A stretch of DNA of 64,000 bases from positions 115,322,001-115,386,000 of the forward strand of contig NC_045697.1 of NCBI RefSeq assembly GCF_009834535.1. The letters are read 5' to 3'. Within the stretch, counting starts at the first letter, position 1; the number at the start of each line of letters is the position of its first letter. Made by a program: the position numbers and the translations under genes. Below, piece by piece: positions 39,670 to 53,897 of the stretch. The notes beneath the pieces are model-generated. The model saw only the letters and a list, made by a program, of their open reading frames with translations, had not been told where the DNA came from and ran no database searches. This DNA comes from Camelus ferus. Lineage: Eukaryota.

Positions 39670-42600
39670 AATGAGTGATATGATGTGAGAAGTCCACTCA
39701 TCTTACTTCTGCAACAAAATGAAGAGCTTTTGAGAAATTCAGTATCCATTCAAAAGAGATACCATGCCAATAAAAAGGTGAATGGAAAAATGGAATAACA
39801 TGGCCAAGTGGATGCAGCCAGTGCCTTTAAAGACTATTAGTACTAGGAGAAGCCCTGGGAGTGGTGACCAGGAGGAGAAAACACAGTACAGGGATATACT
39901 TTGTAGTTTGTAAAAAGAGAATTCCCCTAAATGTATCCCTGAGCACGTGGGAGACACCCCTGAAGCTGTGTTAAGGTAACAGGAAAGGGAAATGGCTGAG
40001 GAGGCGGGGAGCTACAGGGGTCGCAGGAGAGAAAAGTTAATAACATTACGGTTATTGGCACTTGTATGTTATATTTGTACCCATAGCTTGATGAGGTAGA
40101 AACGGCTACTACTTGAATATAAACACACACATTCGTGTGTACAAACTGAGCCTAAGAATTCTGGATAGTAATGTAGGAAAAAGGTCTATAATTAATATAA
40201 TAAAAAGAAAGCAGTGGTTAATTCTGTCTCCTGGAATGTTAGGTCAGCTTAATTTTTATTTACATATTTTGGGCATTTTTTGGTATTTCCATGATGTTTA
40301 TATACACACGCATATACATAAATATAATAGTTATATATATGTATAATTAAATATATATAATTTTCATATACATAAATGAGTGTTATTGAAAATAATGATA
40401 ATCATATATTCGTTCAGTTTTATGAATTTTTTTATCCTGTTGTTATTAGACACTGTCATTTATGAATTTATTGAAATTCTGTACCTTTAAGTCTGAATAA
40501 TTGCTTTTTGCAACAGGAAATGTTATACTCTTGTTCTCTGTATTAGTGGATATGCAGAAAGTAAGACTCTTCTTAACAGTGAATAATGAGAAAACATTGA
40601 TTTGTAACTTATCAAAGGAAGAGGCTCTGGTCAGCTGCAGATATTTGAAGAGAAAAAGTTTGAATGAGTGAACACGTGAAGTTGAACAGAAAACAGTGAG
40701 AGCTAAATATTTGGATGATGTGATCTTTTCTCTGCCTATAAGCCTGCATTGCTTTCTCACAAATTGAGGCTTCTGGTATAAACATGGGAAACTTACCTTC
40801 TCAAATTGAGCCTCCTTTTCCACGAACCAACAGCATAGAGTCTCATTGGGTTGAAGACATGGCTTCGTTGTGCTGAAGACTTTGAAATTCATTCTACAGA
40901 TTAACTTAGCTTCCCCAGAACCAAGTAAGAGTGAGTAGCCATCTGCTTAACCAACAAATAAAGCTATTTGAAAAGAGGACAGGCACTGTATGCTTCTAAG
41001 TTCAGAACTGCCGTGTGGCAAGAAAATATAATTATGAATATTTGGGTATTTCCCCAAGATTGCCCACACACGTGTGTTATATGTATGTAGATTCTCTCTC
41101 TCTCCATTTATATATACTTTAAATGCTTGTTATAAATATAATAAATATTTATAATATAAACAAATATTCATATAGATTACATATAGATTTCCTATGTATA
41201 TTTATATATATACTCTTACTTGAAAACTATAACATACATATTTAAAGACTGAGGGAGGAATTTTAGTTATGCAAAGTGCAGAGGTAAGGGAGCAAGTGAA
41301 CAGAAAGAGAACTGGTTTGATAAGATTATTGGTTAAAATAAGTAACCAACTTTTTCCATAATTATTCTGATATATTTCTTTTCTGTTTACTAAAAAAACA
41401 TCGGATAATATTGACTGGCCTACTATAGAGAGACATATACACATATATATTTGTAACTATATATAGTACATATAAATATACACATGTATCTATGTACGCA
41501 CCTATGTATCTGTCTATGTGTGTGTGTTTAACTTCTAAAGGAGTACACATTGACATTTTGCCATTTGAAGCTGACCCTACTAAAATCTTGCTTTCGGTGA
41601 GAGGCGTAAAAGTCCAACACTCTGTATTACGATTGGAATCGCACTGACATGTCCTGAGAGAGTCCATCAACCATAGAGCAAAACAATAGTCCAAACTTAA
41701 CGTTGAAGCCTTTAGTCTGTGTTCAAATTGCTTTGAAAAATCATTACAGTGGTGTAATCATGCAATATTTTTTGTATTCCAAATTTTGAGTGCACTGTTT
41801 TAAAGGACTAAAGTATATTCACATTGCCATTCTGCTTCCTTTGTATCAGGTTCTTATTTCTTATAGAAGCACATAGATTCCGGGCCCCCTGTTTGAATTA
41901 CCTAAATTTTAGTGCTCAGTAGTGAGTGAGTTGTTGAAAACCAGGTGATATTGAATCGTAATCAGATATATAATAGCGAATTCATATATTCCTCAAAGTA
42001 ATGATGACTCCAGTCATAATAGACACTATTTTGTAATGAAATTGCAGAACTTTTGTCTAAATGCTTCCAGAAGTACACAGTAGGCAACTGATGATTTCAT
42101 AATTTTTAAATCAATTCCTATTAAAAGATAATATGCATTTTAGCATGAAAAGAGACACTAAAAATAAAATCTTGACATAGTTATTGCATTAATAAGGCTG
42201 CTTTAAAGCAGAGTAGTATGAATGGTGTGTTCGTCAAGTAATTATAAGAATATAAAGCTTGTATCATTTGAACGATCCACTAAATTAAACAAATACAACT
42301 TAAGAGTAAATCTGTGTTTTCTAAGAATTTACAGAAAAATTTCAACCAAATTCTAAAATTCAGAGCCTCCCATTTGTCTGAAAATGTAGCATATTCTCCG
42401 ATTCGCTCTGCATAGAACATCAGAAGTACAGCTTCCATTGCCTGTAACAAGGTTTATGCCTCTTATCCCCTAAACAATGTTTCCCAAAGTGACTTCTTAA
42501 CAGTTGCTATTTAATAGCATGAATCATATAAAATTAGAAATTGAAAGAAACATTGCTGGCATTTGCAAATGCTTGTGTGCCTAACCGAGAGAGTGAACGC

Positions 42601-43664
42601 CATCGGTGTTTCCAATAATGTCCTCATTTTTCTCTTTACTAATTTGTTAGACATAGAAAAGGAACGTGAAAAGACAGCTGCGTAAAAATTAGCTGCATTT
42701 TGTTACAGCAACTGTCAACCTGAAAATAGGATTTAATTTCCAAGATCGTCTTCCTTGATTTTGTTTTTTGAAAATGCCCCTAAATGAAGCCTTATGGTGA
42801 TACTTTTATGCTGATTAAATACTATAATCATCTTGTTTGTGCAGATGTGTGCAGGTCTCTGAGCTCCTTGCTTTTATTAAATGTAAGATCTAATGAAGTC
42901 CATGCAGTGTTTTGGGGTAATTATGACTTACAGTCAGGAGTGAATTTTAGTTCCAATCCATTTACATTTATGTGCTGAAACTAAATGATGAATGTGAATT
43001 TTTACACATTTTTAGATTTAATTTTTCAGAGTAATGAAACTATAAATTTCAAGCTCTTGGAATCTTCTTATCTCTTATTTAATTCAGGTTGTAATTAAGA
43101 ATAAGCTTTTAATATAGACAGGAGGACTTTTCAACTTTAAATTAATTAGCTGTTAAGTCACTCTAATATATTTAAAGCAAAAGATTTGACTGGCATTTAA
43201 ACATAAAGATACATTTGGAAACAATTTGAGAATTTATAACATTAATTTATTTCCCCCAAATAATATTACATATATTTACCTCTTCAGTGTTCTTATATAC
43301 TACATCAATCTATGCAATACTTGTTAGAAAAAAACAAATTTATTCAATACCTATTGGTTATCTTACAAATGTGGTTAATAATTCTACACTCTACTCAATC
43401 AGCAACAGAGAAATGTAAGATTCTTGATCAAAACCAGTAAGGCCACACTGAATAAATTATTTGCTATAAATTGGGAAGATTCATAGATTTATCCAAATTC
43501 TTCTTAAAGCTTCTAAGTCATCCAACTGAAAAAGCATCAATAATTAATTTACCAAATGATTATTTTAGTTATTTTTAATATACTGGTTGTTAATAAAACA
43601 AATACAAGTTTACTAAGTATTATATCAACAATAATAGAAGCAATTAAGCATAAGGAATAGCTTC

Positions 43665-44955
43665 CATTTTTTTTTTTTTACCAGACTTTAGTTTTTAGAA
43701 CAGTTTTAGATTCACAAAAAAACTGAGTCAAGCACAGAGACCCCACACACTCCCAGCCCTCACATGTGCACAGCTTCCCCCTATTATCAGTAGTCCCCCC
43801 AAGAGTGGCACATTTATGACAATTGATGAACCCCAATGACACATCATTATCACCCAAAGTCCATAGTTTACAGTAGTGCTCACTTTTTTTGTTCCTTTTT
43901 TTTTTCTGAAGTACAGTTGGTTTACAAAGTTATGTCAGTTTCTGGTGCGCAGCATCATGTTTCAGTCACACATACACATACACACCTGTGTTCTCAGATG
44001 CTCTTTCATTACAGGTTACTACAAGATACTGAACACAGTTCCCTGTGCTCTACAGTAGAAACTTGTTGTTTATTTTATACATAGTAGTTAGTATCTGCAA
44101 ATCTCAAACTCCCAATTTATCCCTTCCTACCCACTCCCCACCAGGAACCATAAGTTTGTTTTCTATGTCTGAGAGTCTGTTTCTGTTTTGTAAATAAGTT
44201 CCTTTGTGTCATTTTTTAGATTCCACATATGAGAGATACCATATGGTATTTTTCTTTCTCTTCCTGACTTACTTCACTTAGAATGACAATCTCCAGGTCC
44301 ATCCATGTTGCTGCAAATGGCATTATTTTATTCTTCTTTATGGTTGAGTAGTATTCCCTTGTATAAATATACTGCAACTTCTTATCCAGTCATCTGTCGA
44401 TGGACATTTAGGTTGTTTCCACGTCTTGGCTATTGTAAATAGTGTGGCTATGAATATTGGGGTGCAATGTATGTTTTTGAATTAGAGTTCCCTCCAGATA
44501 CATGCCAAGGAGTGGGATTGCTGGATCATAGGTTAAATCTATTTTTAGTTTTTTAAGGAGTCCCTATACTGTTTTCCATAATGGTTGCACCAAATTACAT
44601 TCCCACCAACAGCGTAGGAGGGTTCCCTTTTTTCCACATCTTCTCCAACATTTATCATTTGTGGACATCTTAATGATGGTCATTTTAGTTTTGATTTGCA
44701 TTTCTCTGATAATAAGCAATACCGAGTGTTATTTCATGTGCCTCTTGGCCGTTTGTATGTCTTATCTTATTTATCATATCTACACCTGCTTTAATGAGGT
44801 GTCTGCTCAGATATTTGATTATTTTTTAATAAGGTTGTTTGTTTTCTTACTGTTGAGTTTGAAGAATTCTTTTTATATTTTGGATAACAGTCCTTTAACA
44901 GATATGTCATTTATAAATATTTTTACCCAATTTATGGCTTGTCTCATTCTTTCAT
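43665..44955 (-). mobile_element. Old L1MC-like element (43665-43883 and ~44764-44955) with its middle replaced by a young L1
   Basis: cagttttagattcac...cattatcacccaaagtccatagtttaca at left; gaggtgtctgctcagat...tggataacagtcctttaacagat at right. Confidence 0.8.
43884..44763 (-). mobile_element. Young 5'-truncated L1
   Basis: Poly-T followed by the reverse complement of the same 3'UTR and ORF2 end as the copies at 9829 and 19783; no TSD found. Confidence 0.95.
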
Positions 44956-45577
44956 TTATCACACAAATGTAAAATGTAAAGACGATACTAGAGAAAAAAG
45001 AAGTAGAGAAAAGAGCAAAGGAGAGAAAAAAGGAAAAATAAAAATAGAAGAGAAAGAGTGAGAACAAGAGTAAGAACAAACAGCATAAGAAAATGCTGCA
45101 TTGAGATGGAGATGAGGAAATTATATGGCTAAATTCTAAACTCTTAACCAGTGTTGTCATAAAACAATAAGTGACAATTTACCTGGAGTCTCTTTAGGTA
45201 ATGAGTCTTTAATCTTTCTTTTACACCACATCAATTTGACAGATTTAATTTATCACCCTAGTGAGAGAATCAACTTTCTACTCTTTTATAAAATTTAGCT
45301 AAATTGGACCTTAAGTACAAATTCTCAAATCCTTTAAAAAGTCACAGTATCAGGGCTGAATAAAGCTGAAAAAAAAATAGCTTTAGTCCCTTCTTGTCTT
45401 AAATTTTTATATGTTTTCATTCATGATTCCCCTTTCTTTCTATTTTAACGTGTGTTCTGCATTCAGAGATTCAGATTGTGTCTTGATTTGTAGAGATCAA
45501 TTTTATAAATGATGTTTGAATTTATTCAACTAGAATCTTGACAGGGCCTGCAACTTAAAGCTAGTAATTCATAGACC

Positions 45578-45756
45578 TAAAGGTCTTCTGTATAGCACAG
45601 GAAACTGTATTCACTAACTTGTAATAACCTTTAGTGAAAAAGAATGTGAAAACAAATATATGTATGTATATGCATGACTGGGACATTATGCTGTACCTCA
45701 GAAATTGACACATTGTAACTGACTTGACTTCAATTAAAAAGAAATAGAAAAGAAAT
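45578..45756 (+). mobile_element. Very short L1 3' tail
   Basis: ctgtatagcacaggaaactgtattc...gactgggacattatgctgtacctcagaaattgacac...ttcaattaaaaagaaa. Confidence 0.9.
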
Positions 45757-47881
45757 CTCTTCAGTGTACTTAAAGACACTCAGCTGGAGCACCATCCTTG
45801 CTGTTTATTGTACCTGAGGAATGGTTTTTATACTCTCTCTTCATCATATTGCTTCATGAAATTTAATGCAAATGTCCTAACAGAAGAAAATCAGATGTCG
45901 CATGTCAGAGAGTATTGACTTGGAATGAGAGGAGCTTTCTCAGCCACAGCAAGTCCCTTGACTTTAGATGTTTGAATGATTTTTAAGTTTGGTTCCTTTT
46001 TCTTAATATTTTTTCAAGAGCCTAATAAATGGAGTCCTGGGAGTGACTTCAAGGCTTAGCATTCCTTTTCACTGTGGAGCTTTCCAAATGAAAGGATGAA
46101 GCCACAGTGACACAGCGGGATGAGCAAAATGCATGCCTTTGCTACCTCTGTTTGATTTGCATTTATGCTTACTAAGGGTAGACATTATGTAAGCAAAATA
46201 CAACCTACAATGTATAGTTTTGGGGTAATTTTATTCCATTTGGTTTTATGAGAAAGATGTAATATGGACTAGATTTCTGATTTTTAGCAGTCTATTTAAC
46301 ATCTGAATAAATATGTTGAAGCATATAGTAAGTGTTATATTGGTTAACACTATTTAAACTCGTTCAAACTGTGTGAAAACCATCACTGTGAAGAGGAAAG
46401 AACAAAAACCAGAAGGAAAAAGGCATGGTTCCCATTCTTCCTCTGTTACGAGTGGACTTAAACAGAAACTTGGTTATTGTGATTTGCAAAAGCAAAGTTC
46501 ACTTAGCTCTCCCAGCTATATTTTTTAATGTGTTAGTTATCTTTATTTTTCTCATTATAAAATAATTGACATTTATAAGAAAAAAATATGTAAATTGCAT
46601 GTACAAAGAAGACCTTAAAAACTCATTACTTATAGTTATGCAGTGGTAATATATTTTTTTTCTTTTTATATTTGAAAATCTTTTTTTTAAGCATGTTTAC
46701 CTGCATTTTTTCCTTTATGAAAAAGTTGTTTTACTGCACTATTTATAGATTTTTTTCACTCAAAATATGAATTAAAAGTGTTGCTATTTGGGTGTGCAAT
46801 TGTCATGACTACAGACTATTCTGCTCTAGGATAGTCAAATTGAATAAATTCTTCATTTAAATTGCTTACACTTTTTAACTCTTCTGCAAGAACTTCAACT
46901 AACATCATTATAGGGAAATATTTTTAAACATCTTAATTATCTGCACTAACTTAACCAAAATGGAATTTTAACATAAATGATTATATAATTTCTATAAGAT
47001 TTTAATATGTATTTAGGTCCCAATAAGAAGGACTGTATTTATTTTGTGCTCACCTTTTAAGTAGTAAGTTTCAGAAGTCACAGGTGCTTTGACGAATATT
47101 TCTTCCCCTAGTTCTGTAACATTACACATTAATGCACATAATCACACAGGAGATGAACTGCCTTAGAAATGTTCACTTTCACATGTTCTTTAGGTAATCT
47201 GTAAGTATTAAACGCATTTTATTAGGCTAGACCGCTGTGAGAAGATCAAAAATTCTTGTCATGTCTTTCGTGCCAAATTATCAATAAAATCCAGAATCAC
47301 CTGGGAAACTTTTAGTCATCATGGAAGTGTGTATGTCTCTGAAAATAAAAACTCACTTCCACTTTTGGGGATAAATACCTCTGTCTTGGGCTAAAGGCAC
47401 TGTTGAAGGGGATACAAAGAAAGATTATGAGATATTGTAATATAAAACAGGATTGTCATGTGGGCAGAAGATATCTTTAGCCATTCTTCTATTCTTTTAT
47501 TATGAGATCATTTTAATTTCTTTATGAAAATGTTGAAAAGTCACACCAGACTCTGTCTTTTCTACATTACCCCAAATACTATTATAATGATGTCTTAGCA
47601 GTTATTACAAAATGTTTCCCAAATACTCTCCAAAAGTCTCTAAACTAGTAGATTCCCGTCAGCTGTGTGTAGGAGTGGTCTTCCTTCCAAAACTTTTGCC
47701 AACATTGGATATTGATCTTATTTTCACAAATCTACCACATCAAGAAATCCCCTATATGTGTATATTTTTAATAATTTGCCCCCAAAGGCTGCATTATGTA
47801 AATAAATGCAGACTTCTTGAACATGAAACAAATGTTATTCATTATTTCATTTCAATAAAATCAAAATTTTATCATTGACAT

Positions 47882-48354
47882 TGTTGACTGAAATAAATGT
47901 GTAGCCTAAAAGTTAAGAGTTATGTTTTATTTGGCAGGAGGACTCAAACCGGGATGTCAGCCTCTCAGATCACTCTGAGGGGCTGCTCTGAAGAGGTAGG
48001 GGAGGATCTAGGATCTATAGGAGCTTTACAACAAAGACCAGGAGTTGGAACAATAAAAGATTGCTTGTTACCTAAAGAAAACCAAGCATCTTAAGTTAAA
48101 GGATTTAGTGCTTTTCTATGTATGGGAGGAAGCAAACATTTGGGCTCACTTAATTCCTCCCTTTGACAAGCACCTAGCCATCTAGGGCCAGGATCCTGTC
48201 CTTTTTCATTCTGAGTCCGCTCAGATGGCTCCACTGCGAGTGGCTGCAGAGGCCGGGCTGCAGGCCTGTCTTCACTGGGGGGTGGCAGCAGCCGCTGATG
48301 ACTTGGTTTCAGCATTCTTTGTTTACTGATGTGGTTGCACTATTTTCATTCACA
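47882..48354 (-). mobile_element. ERV1-class solo LTR
   Basis: TG...CA termini; exact 4-bp TSD acat at 47878-81 and 48355-58; minus-strand AATAAA at ~47926-47931; 3' part resembles the LTR at 54971-55442. Confidence 0.92.
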
Positions 48355-51300
48355 ACATACATCAAGTAGGCAAAATAGAGCAGGATGTCATCTCTATGTC
48401 TGATTTCATTCCTGCACATTCCTATATAGAAAATTTCCCATTAAGATATGAAATAAATGAAGGTCAAAGAGCCCAATTTTGAAGCTACTAAGAGCATGTA
48501 GCAATTAATAGTAATGGAAATATATATTAGAGTAAATAAAATATACACTTTTCTAGCTTATTATCATTGCAACTATTAGATAATTTGCTTATAAGTGATT
48601 CTAATTAGGAGTTACAGAGCCTAGGGGAAATGTGTTCGTAGTAAGTGAAAAGTAAGAACAATAAACTGCTTTATTTGAGAGTAATATTGATAGATATCAG
48701 TAGTTTCTGAAAGTCTATAAATTTAAAAATATCTGAAAGGATCTATTTATGAATGAAAATTAAAAGTTATGTTAAAGATTATTAAGAAAATTTAAACACC
48801 TCCCTTGAAATGAATAAAGAACAATTTGAGAAATTTCATAAATAAAAACTGCACGTGACCAAAAGAAGTATAAAAAGGAACATAATCTATGTAAAATTAA
48901 ATAAAAAATACAGCAACAGAATTCTACTTTTTCCTGAAAAATGTCATCCAAGATGTATAGAAAAATGGATCATCAGGTTAAATTGCTTCCACAATTCTTG
49001 TATCAAAACCATTAAATTAATAGCAAAGTTTGGTCAAAGAGTTTACATCCAGGGATACAAACTAATGACAACAAAAATACATGAAAAACGTTTGTGTTTA
49101 CTGTAGTATCATTTCCAGTATTAAAAAACAATAGTATAAACCAAAATACCAGCCTATAGGCCTTTACTAGTTGCATATGTGTGCACTTACTTCATTGCAA
49201 CTATATACAACCAACAAAATGTAGATTTTTATTAAAATATTAATATAGAATGTTAATGATCAATATTTAGTACCAAGTGAAAAGTGGATGATATACCAGT
49301 ATATGATAATAATTCAAGCATTAAATATTTAGACAAACACACAGAGTTATAAAACTCTAAGTTTATAGAACAAGACTGGAAAAACATATACCAAAATATT
49401 AAGCGTAAACATCACTGCATGTTCTACTTAGGGTTTTTTTCTTATCTGCACTTTTGTATAGTACCCAAGCCGTCAATAATAAGGATTTTTGTTATAGATT
49501 TTAAAGAAGGTATGAATATGTTTTAAACAATAACAACAAGGAAAAAATACATCTGTAAGCTATTTCATTTTTACCTTTGGAATTTACTTTTATAAACATT
49601 AATATAAAATGTTAAAACACAAGGATATTAAAATTACTCTCTTATGGACTCTGAGACCTGCTACTTTTTTTCTGTTCTGAGAAGAATGTATGAACTAAGA
49701 CATACTCACTAAGAAGAGAAGATACTCCACAGGGCAAGTGATAGCATACCTAGAATTGCCTGTATCATTTTGTTTGTCAGTTTTAGATCATTAAGCTCTG
49801 TTTCAATGTATTTACAAGGCTACCTTATATACTAGTTATCTGAAACCCTTTCTTGATTTTCCTATCACAAACATTCTTCTCCGATAGAATTTTCATTTTT
49901 TTGCAATTTTTCAACAAGTTCAGTCTTCGGTATGATGTAATATCTGGTCATTTGCTTTAAAATGTGTCTTTTTTTTAAGGGGAATAAAAGTTGGGGGAAA
50001 ATGATGAGACAAAATTAAATCTCTAAACTGAGATTTAGAAAATGTGTTTTCTTCCTTCTATGAGTATAAAGTAAATTTAATTTAAAAATTTCTAGTAAAG
50101 AACATATAGGAATTACTTAAGTCCTTTCTTTCAGTTTGATACTGAGACAGGAGGGAAGGGGGGCAGGGCACCACCACTGAAGGAATGACACAGGAGTTGA
50201 GGACAGGGCAGACGGGTTAGGACCAAGATGGTGGAAGATTCGACTTCCAGTAGACCTTGAGCCTCGTGGTGCATCCACAGGCACCATGACAGTTCTTGTA
50301 AGGGCTGACCGTCAGAGGTCCAAGAGTGGGTATATTGATATGCCAAGACTTGATTTTGCATATACAGTTAGAGAAAGCCAGCCTGATAAAATCTCTTTTC
50401 AAAATTCTGACCCTAAGGGAACAAAAGTCCTTCTAGGAGGGGCTTGCATTTCTTTCCCTGTGCCTTTGAGATGCAAATGCTCTACAGGTCAGGGAACTCC
50501 TTCCTAAACCATCTCTAATTCCTGAGACTAGGAAGAAACAAAAGAGAAAAGAGGTCTTTTTAAACTTAAACAAGTAGACTTAACCTACGCCAAATGTTAT
50601 TTATAAACTGATAAGTTTTATATTGTAATACCTGATTTATGACTAAGTTTTAAAAAGAAAACTATGAGACCTCTGCGTCTATCTGGATCTCTGTGTGTCT
50701 GTGTATGTATTTCATAAATATGGTATTTCTACCCCAGATGGTACTGCCAATATTAATTTGTAAATAAGCTCTATTTAATTGGCTTACACGCAATTAATAA
50801 TTATATGAATTTTCAGAAATATAGTAGAAACCAATCAAAATGAATTTCAACTTTACATGATCTGGAAAATATTCAGTATTAAACTAATAATTGGTATTAA
50901 ATTTAATTTCAGTTTATTTATTTAATTAGTACAGACATGTTTTTAAAGTCATCAACATTAAATATATTTCTATTGCACCTAGGTTTACTGAAGATCAAAT
51001 AAATTCACATTATCTTTATCATTTGTCAGCAAGGCATTTGTCAGCAAAAAAAAAAGGTTAATCTAATGTCTCATGAAGTTTTCATGGGTAATCTAAACAT
51101 AATTATTGGGGAAAAGTGAATTAAATGTAAATGAGGTAACAGTTTTTAAGTGACCTCTTTAAGAATAATTATGTTTTATGGTATGTCTACTTAAAAATAG
51201 TTTTTCCAGATTTAGAGCTTTGGTAAATTAAGTTAAATGACAGAAGTTTACTAAATATCTAGATTATTCCCAAATACAAAAAGACATTAAAATACTAATC

Positions 51301-53897
51301 ACAGAACATAGGCTTTCTTTTAAAGAGAAACTAAAGATATCTAGAACTATTAATAAATATGTTTAGTGCCACACTGAGAAATTTTCTATATGAAGCACCT
51401 TTTTAAAAATCATAGATAGTACTTATATGTTTGCCAATTCTATAGAATGCTAGTGTAAAAGACAGTTCATAATTGCTTACTTCTTAGTTTTTACTAGAAA
51501 CTTAAGTTCTTAAAGGTTAAGGATTCTAATTAAAATTTATAATTAAAATTACTAAGAATTATAAGAAAAATATCTTTGTATGCAAGGAAAAAGAAGGTAT
51601 AAAAATGAATGAACATTGTTTTAAGGGGAAAGAAAATAATTTTATTTTGAAGAGAGGTTAAGAGAGAGTAAGAGAATAAAGGGGAAGCATAAGACAAAAC
51701 CTGAAGGTAAAAATAGGAAATTATAAGAAGCTATGAAAAAGAAACCCTGAAAAAAAGAGTTTAATATGTAGTCTGGACTGACTAAGATTAGAATAAACTT
51801 AATTAAGTTAATGAATTTTAATATTAAAGGGAAGTAGTGCAAAACTACAATTTGGTTTTCTCTCTGTTAAGAGGAAAAACGTTTCTTGCAATATTATTCT
51901 GCTTCTGATAACAAATTATAAAGTTTCTCTACCTTTTAGGTAATATGTTGTAACTTTTTGTATTTGTATTTGAAGTATTTTTTGTCTTTAGTTAAGTGAA
52001 TAAGTTTTGTTTCATGTTGACCTATGATTCTCTTTGATTATTTTAAACCCTTTTGATATCTTTGATAAACTTCCCCAAATCAAATTCTAAATGAAATTTT
52101 TTGACCTCTATCCAACTCTGGGATGTTTCAGAGGGCCCCTAAAATATCTCAAAAAAAAAAATATATGAAACTAATCAGGTTTATTTGGTAGATTAAATTA
52201 CATAGGAAGCATTATCAAATAAGTAGTGATGAATCTTAGATTGTTAGGGTAAATGTTATTAACATAAATGTTCAAGAAATTATATAAAATTTCTCAAATT
52301 TGAATATGTCCTGATATGTTATCAATCATAATTTTAGTTATTATTTTAAAATTCTGCATGCCACAAAAATAACCAATTTTCTTTGACAATTGCATTGTAG
52401 TCAGATCTTAACCACGCCATTTTAAGTCTTGTCACTTATAGTTATTGTTTTACTCTGTTGTTTCTGCAAGAATGCTTCATCTTCAAGAAGATTCATAGAA
52501 AGGACTTTTTGACAAGGCCAGGTTTCTGGGAACTTTCAGATCATGTCACAAAACTGGGTAAGAAATTACAGAATTCTAATGAAAATCTGATGGCTTCAGA
52601 AAACTGTTAACAGAAGATGAAGATCAACAGGAATTTGTTTCATAAGCCTGAATGATCATTATGACTTTTTCTCTGAAATTTACTTGTGTTTAAATTTTTT
52701 CTCTAGATATAAGGAAACTTTCACCTTAGGCTAATTATGACTTACAGTAATTTGGTTAATGATACCTTTGTAAGCAGAATTAAAACCTTTGTCTTTTTTA
52801 TCTAACTGATCCCTCCAGAGTTTGGAAACTCTTAGTGAATATTCTTATTTGTGTGGCCATGTAGTCATTTTCATGAGTTCAGTAAGAATCTATTCTCCTT
52901 ATAACAGGACACAATTGGAACCATTGTTTATATTACAATGGCTTTGCCTGGAATGTCATGTTTGAGAATATGCCTAGACTCGGATATGACCAGACAGCTT
53001 CAAGGAACTAAAGTGAATTTGTGGAGCCATAGAGCCCCTGGAAAACAGCCTGCTGCCTTGCTTACTGGTTCCCAGTAACCTTACAGGGTAAATAAGAAAA
53101 GTTACTTCCTGGGAGGTGCAGGAAACTCAAGATATTTTGGAGACCTCAAGAACAGAGGAATCCACCCAAATCTGTAGGTATGTCTGGTGGAGTCTAGTGG
53201 CAAGTTCTTGGTGTGTATTTCCTGACCTTGAGAGGCCTTTTTAAAAGACAATCAGAAATTATTTTTGAAAAGTTCCAGCAAAATAAATTGATAAGAACAT
53301 ATGCAATCAATTGCTATTCTTATTACACATTTGTAAAAAAATCAGACCATTTATTGAAAGTAGGCTTATTTTGCAAACAAATTAGCCTTAATATGTCTAC
53401 ATCTTGTAGAAATAAAGATAATTTTAGAGAAGAAATATGTTTCAGTGGATTTTAAATTCTGGTGTTGTTAATTGTCTTCAGGTTTTGTATTTATTGCCTA
53501 AGACCAACTTCCAAATGGCCCCTGGTTATTTTGCTGCATTATTATAAGTTTTAATTGAATTAAGAGGACATTCCAAGCTTGTTTCTGAAGCTTGTCACAG
53601 TAATATCTTTTAAAATGAAGATCAGATGCTTCATGATGTGTAGCCAGGAGATTATGCATACTTGAAAAGAGGTCATTCAAAGGACACTTTGCAACCTAGA
53701 TGGAAAGGCCTGTATCTTGAATTCATATTTCCCATTTAAAATGGGGCCCTGAACTGGATTGGTCTATAGAGAGGGCTGCTAACTTCAAACTCACCTTAAA
53801 ACAACGCAACAGACAAGACATGACACCAACACCAGGACAATAAGAAGACAACATGAAAAGTAGACAGCTATCCTAAGATGCCAGACCTGACTTTCAT

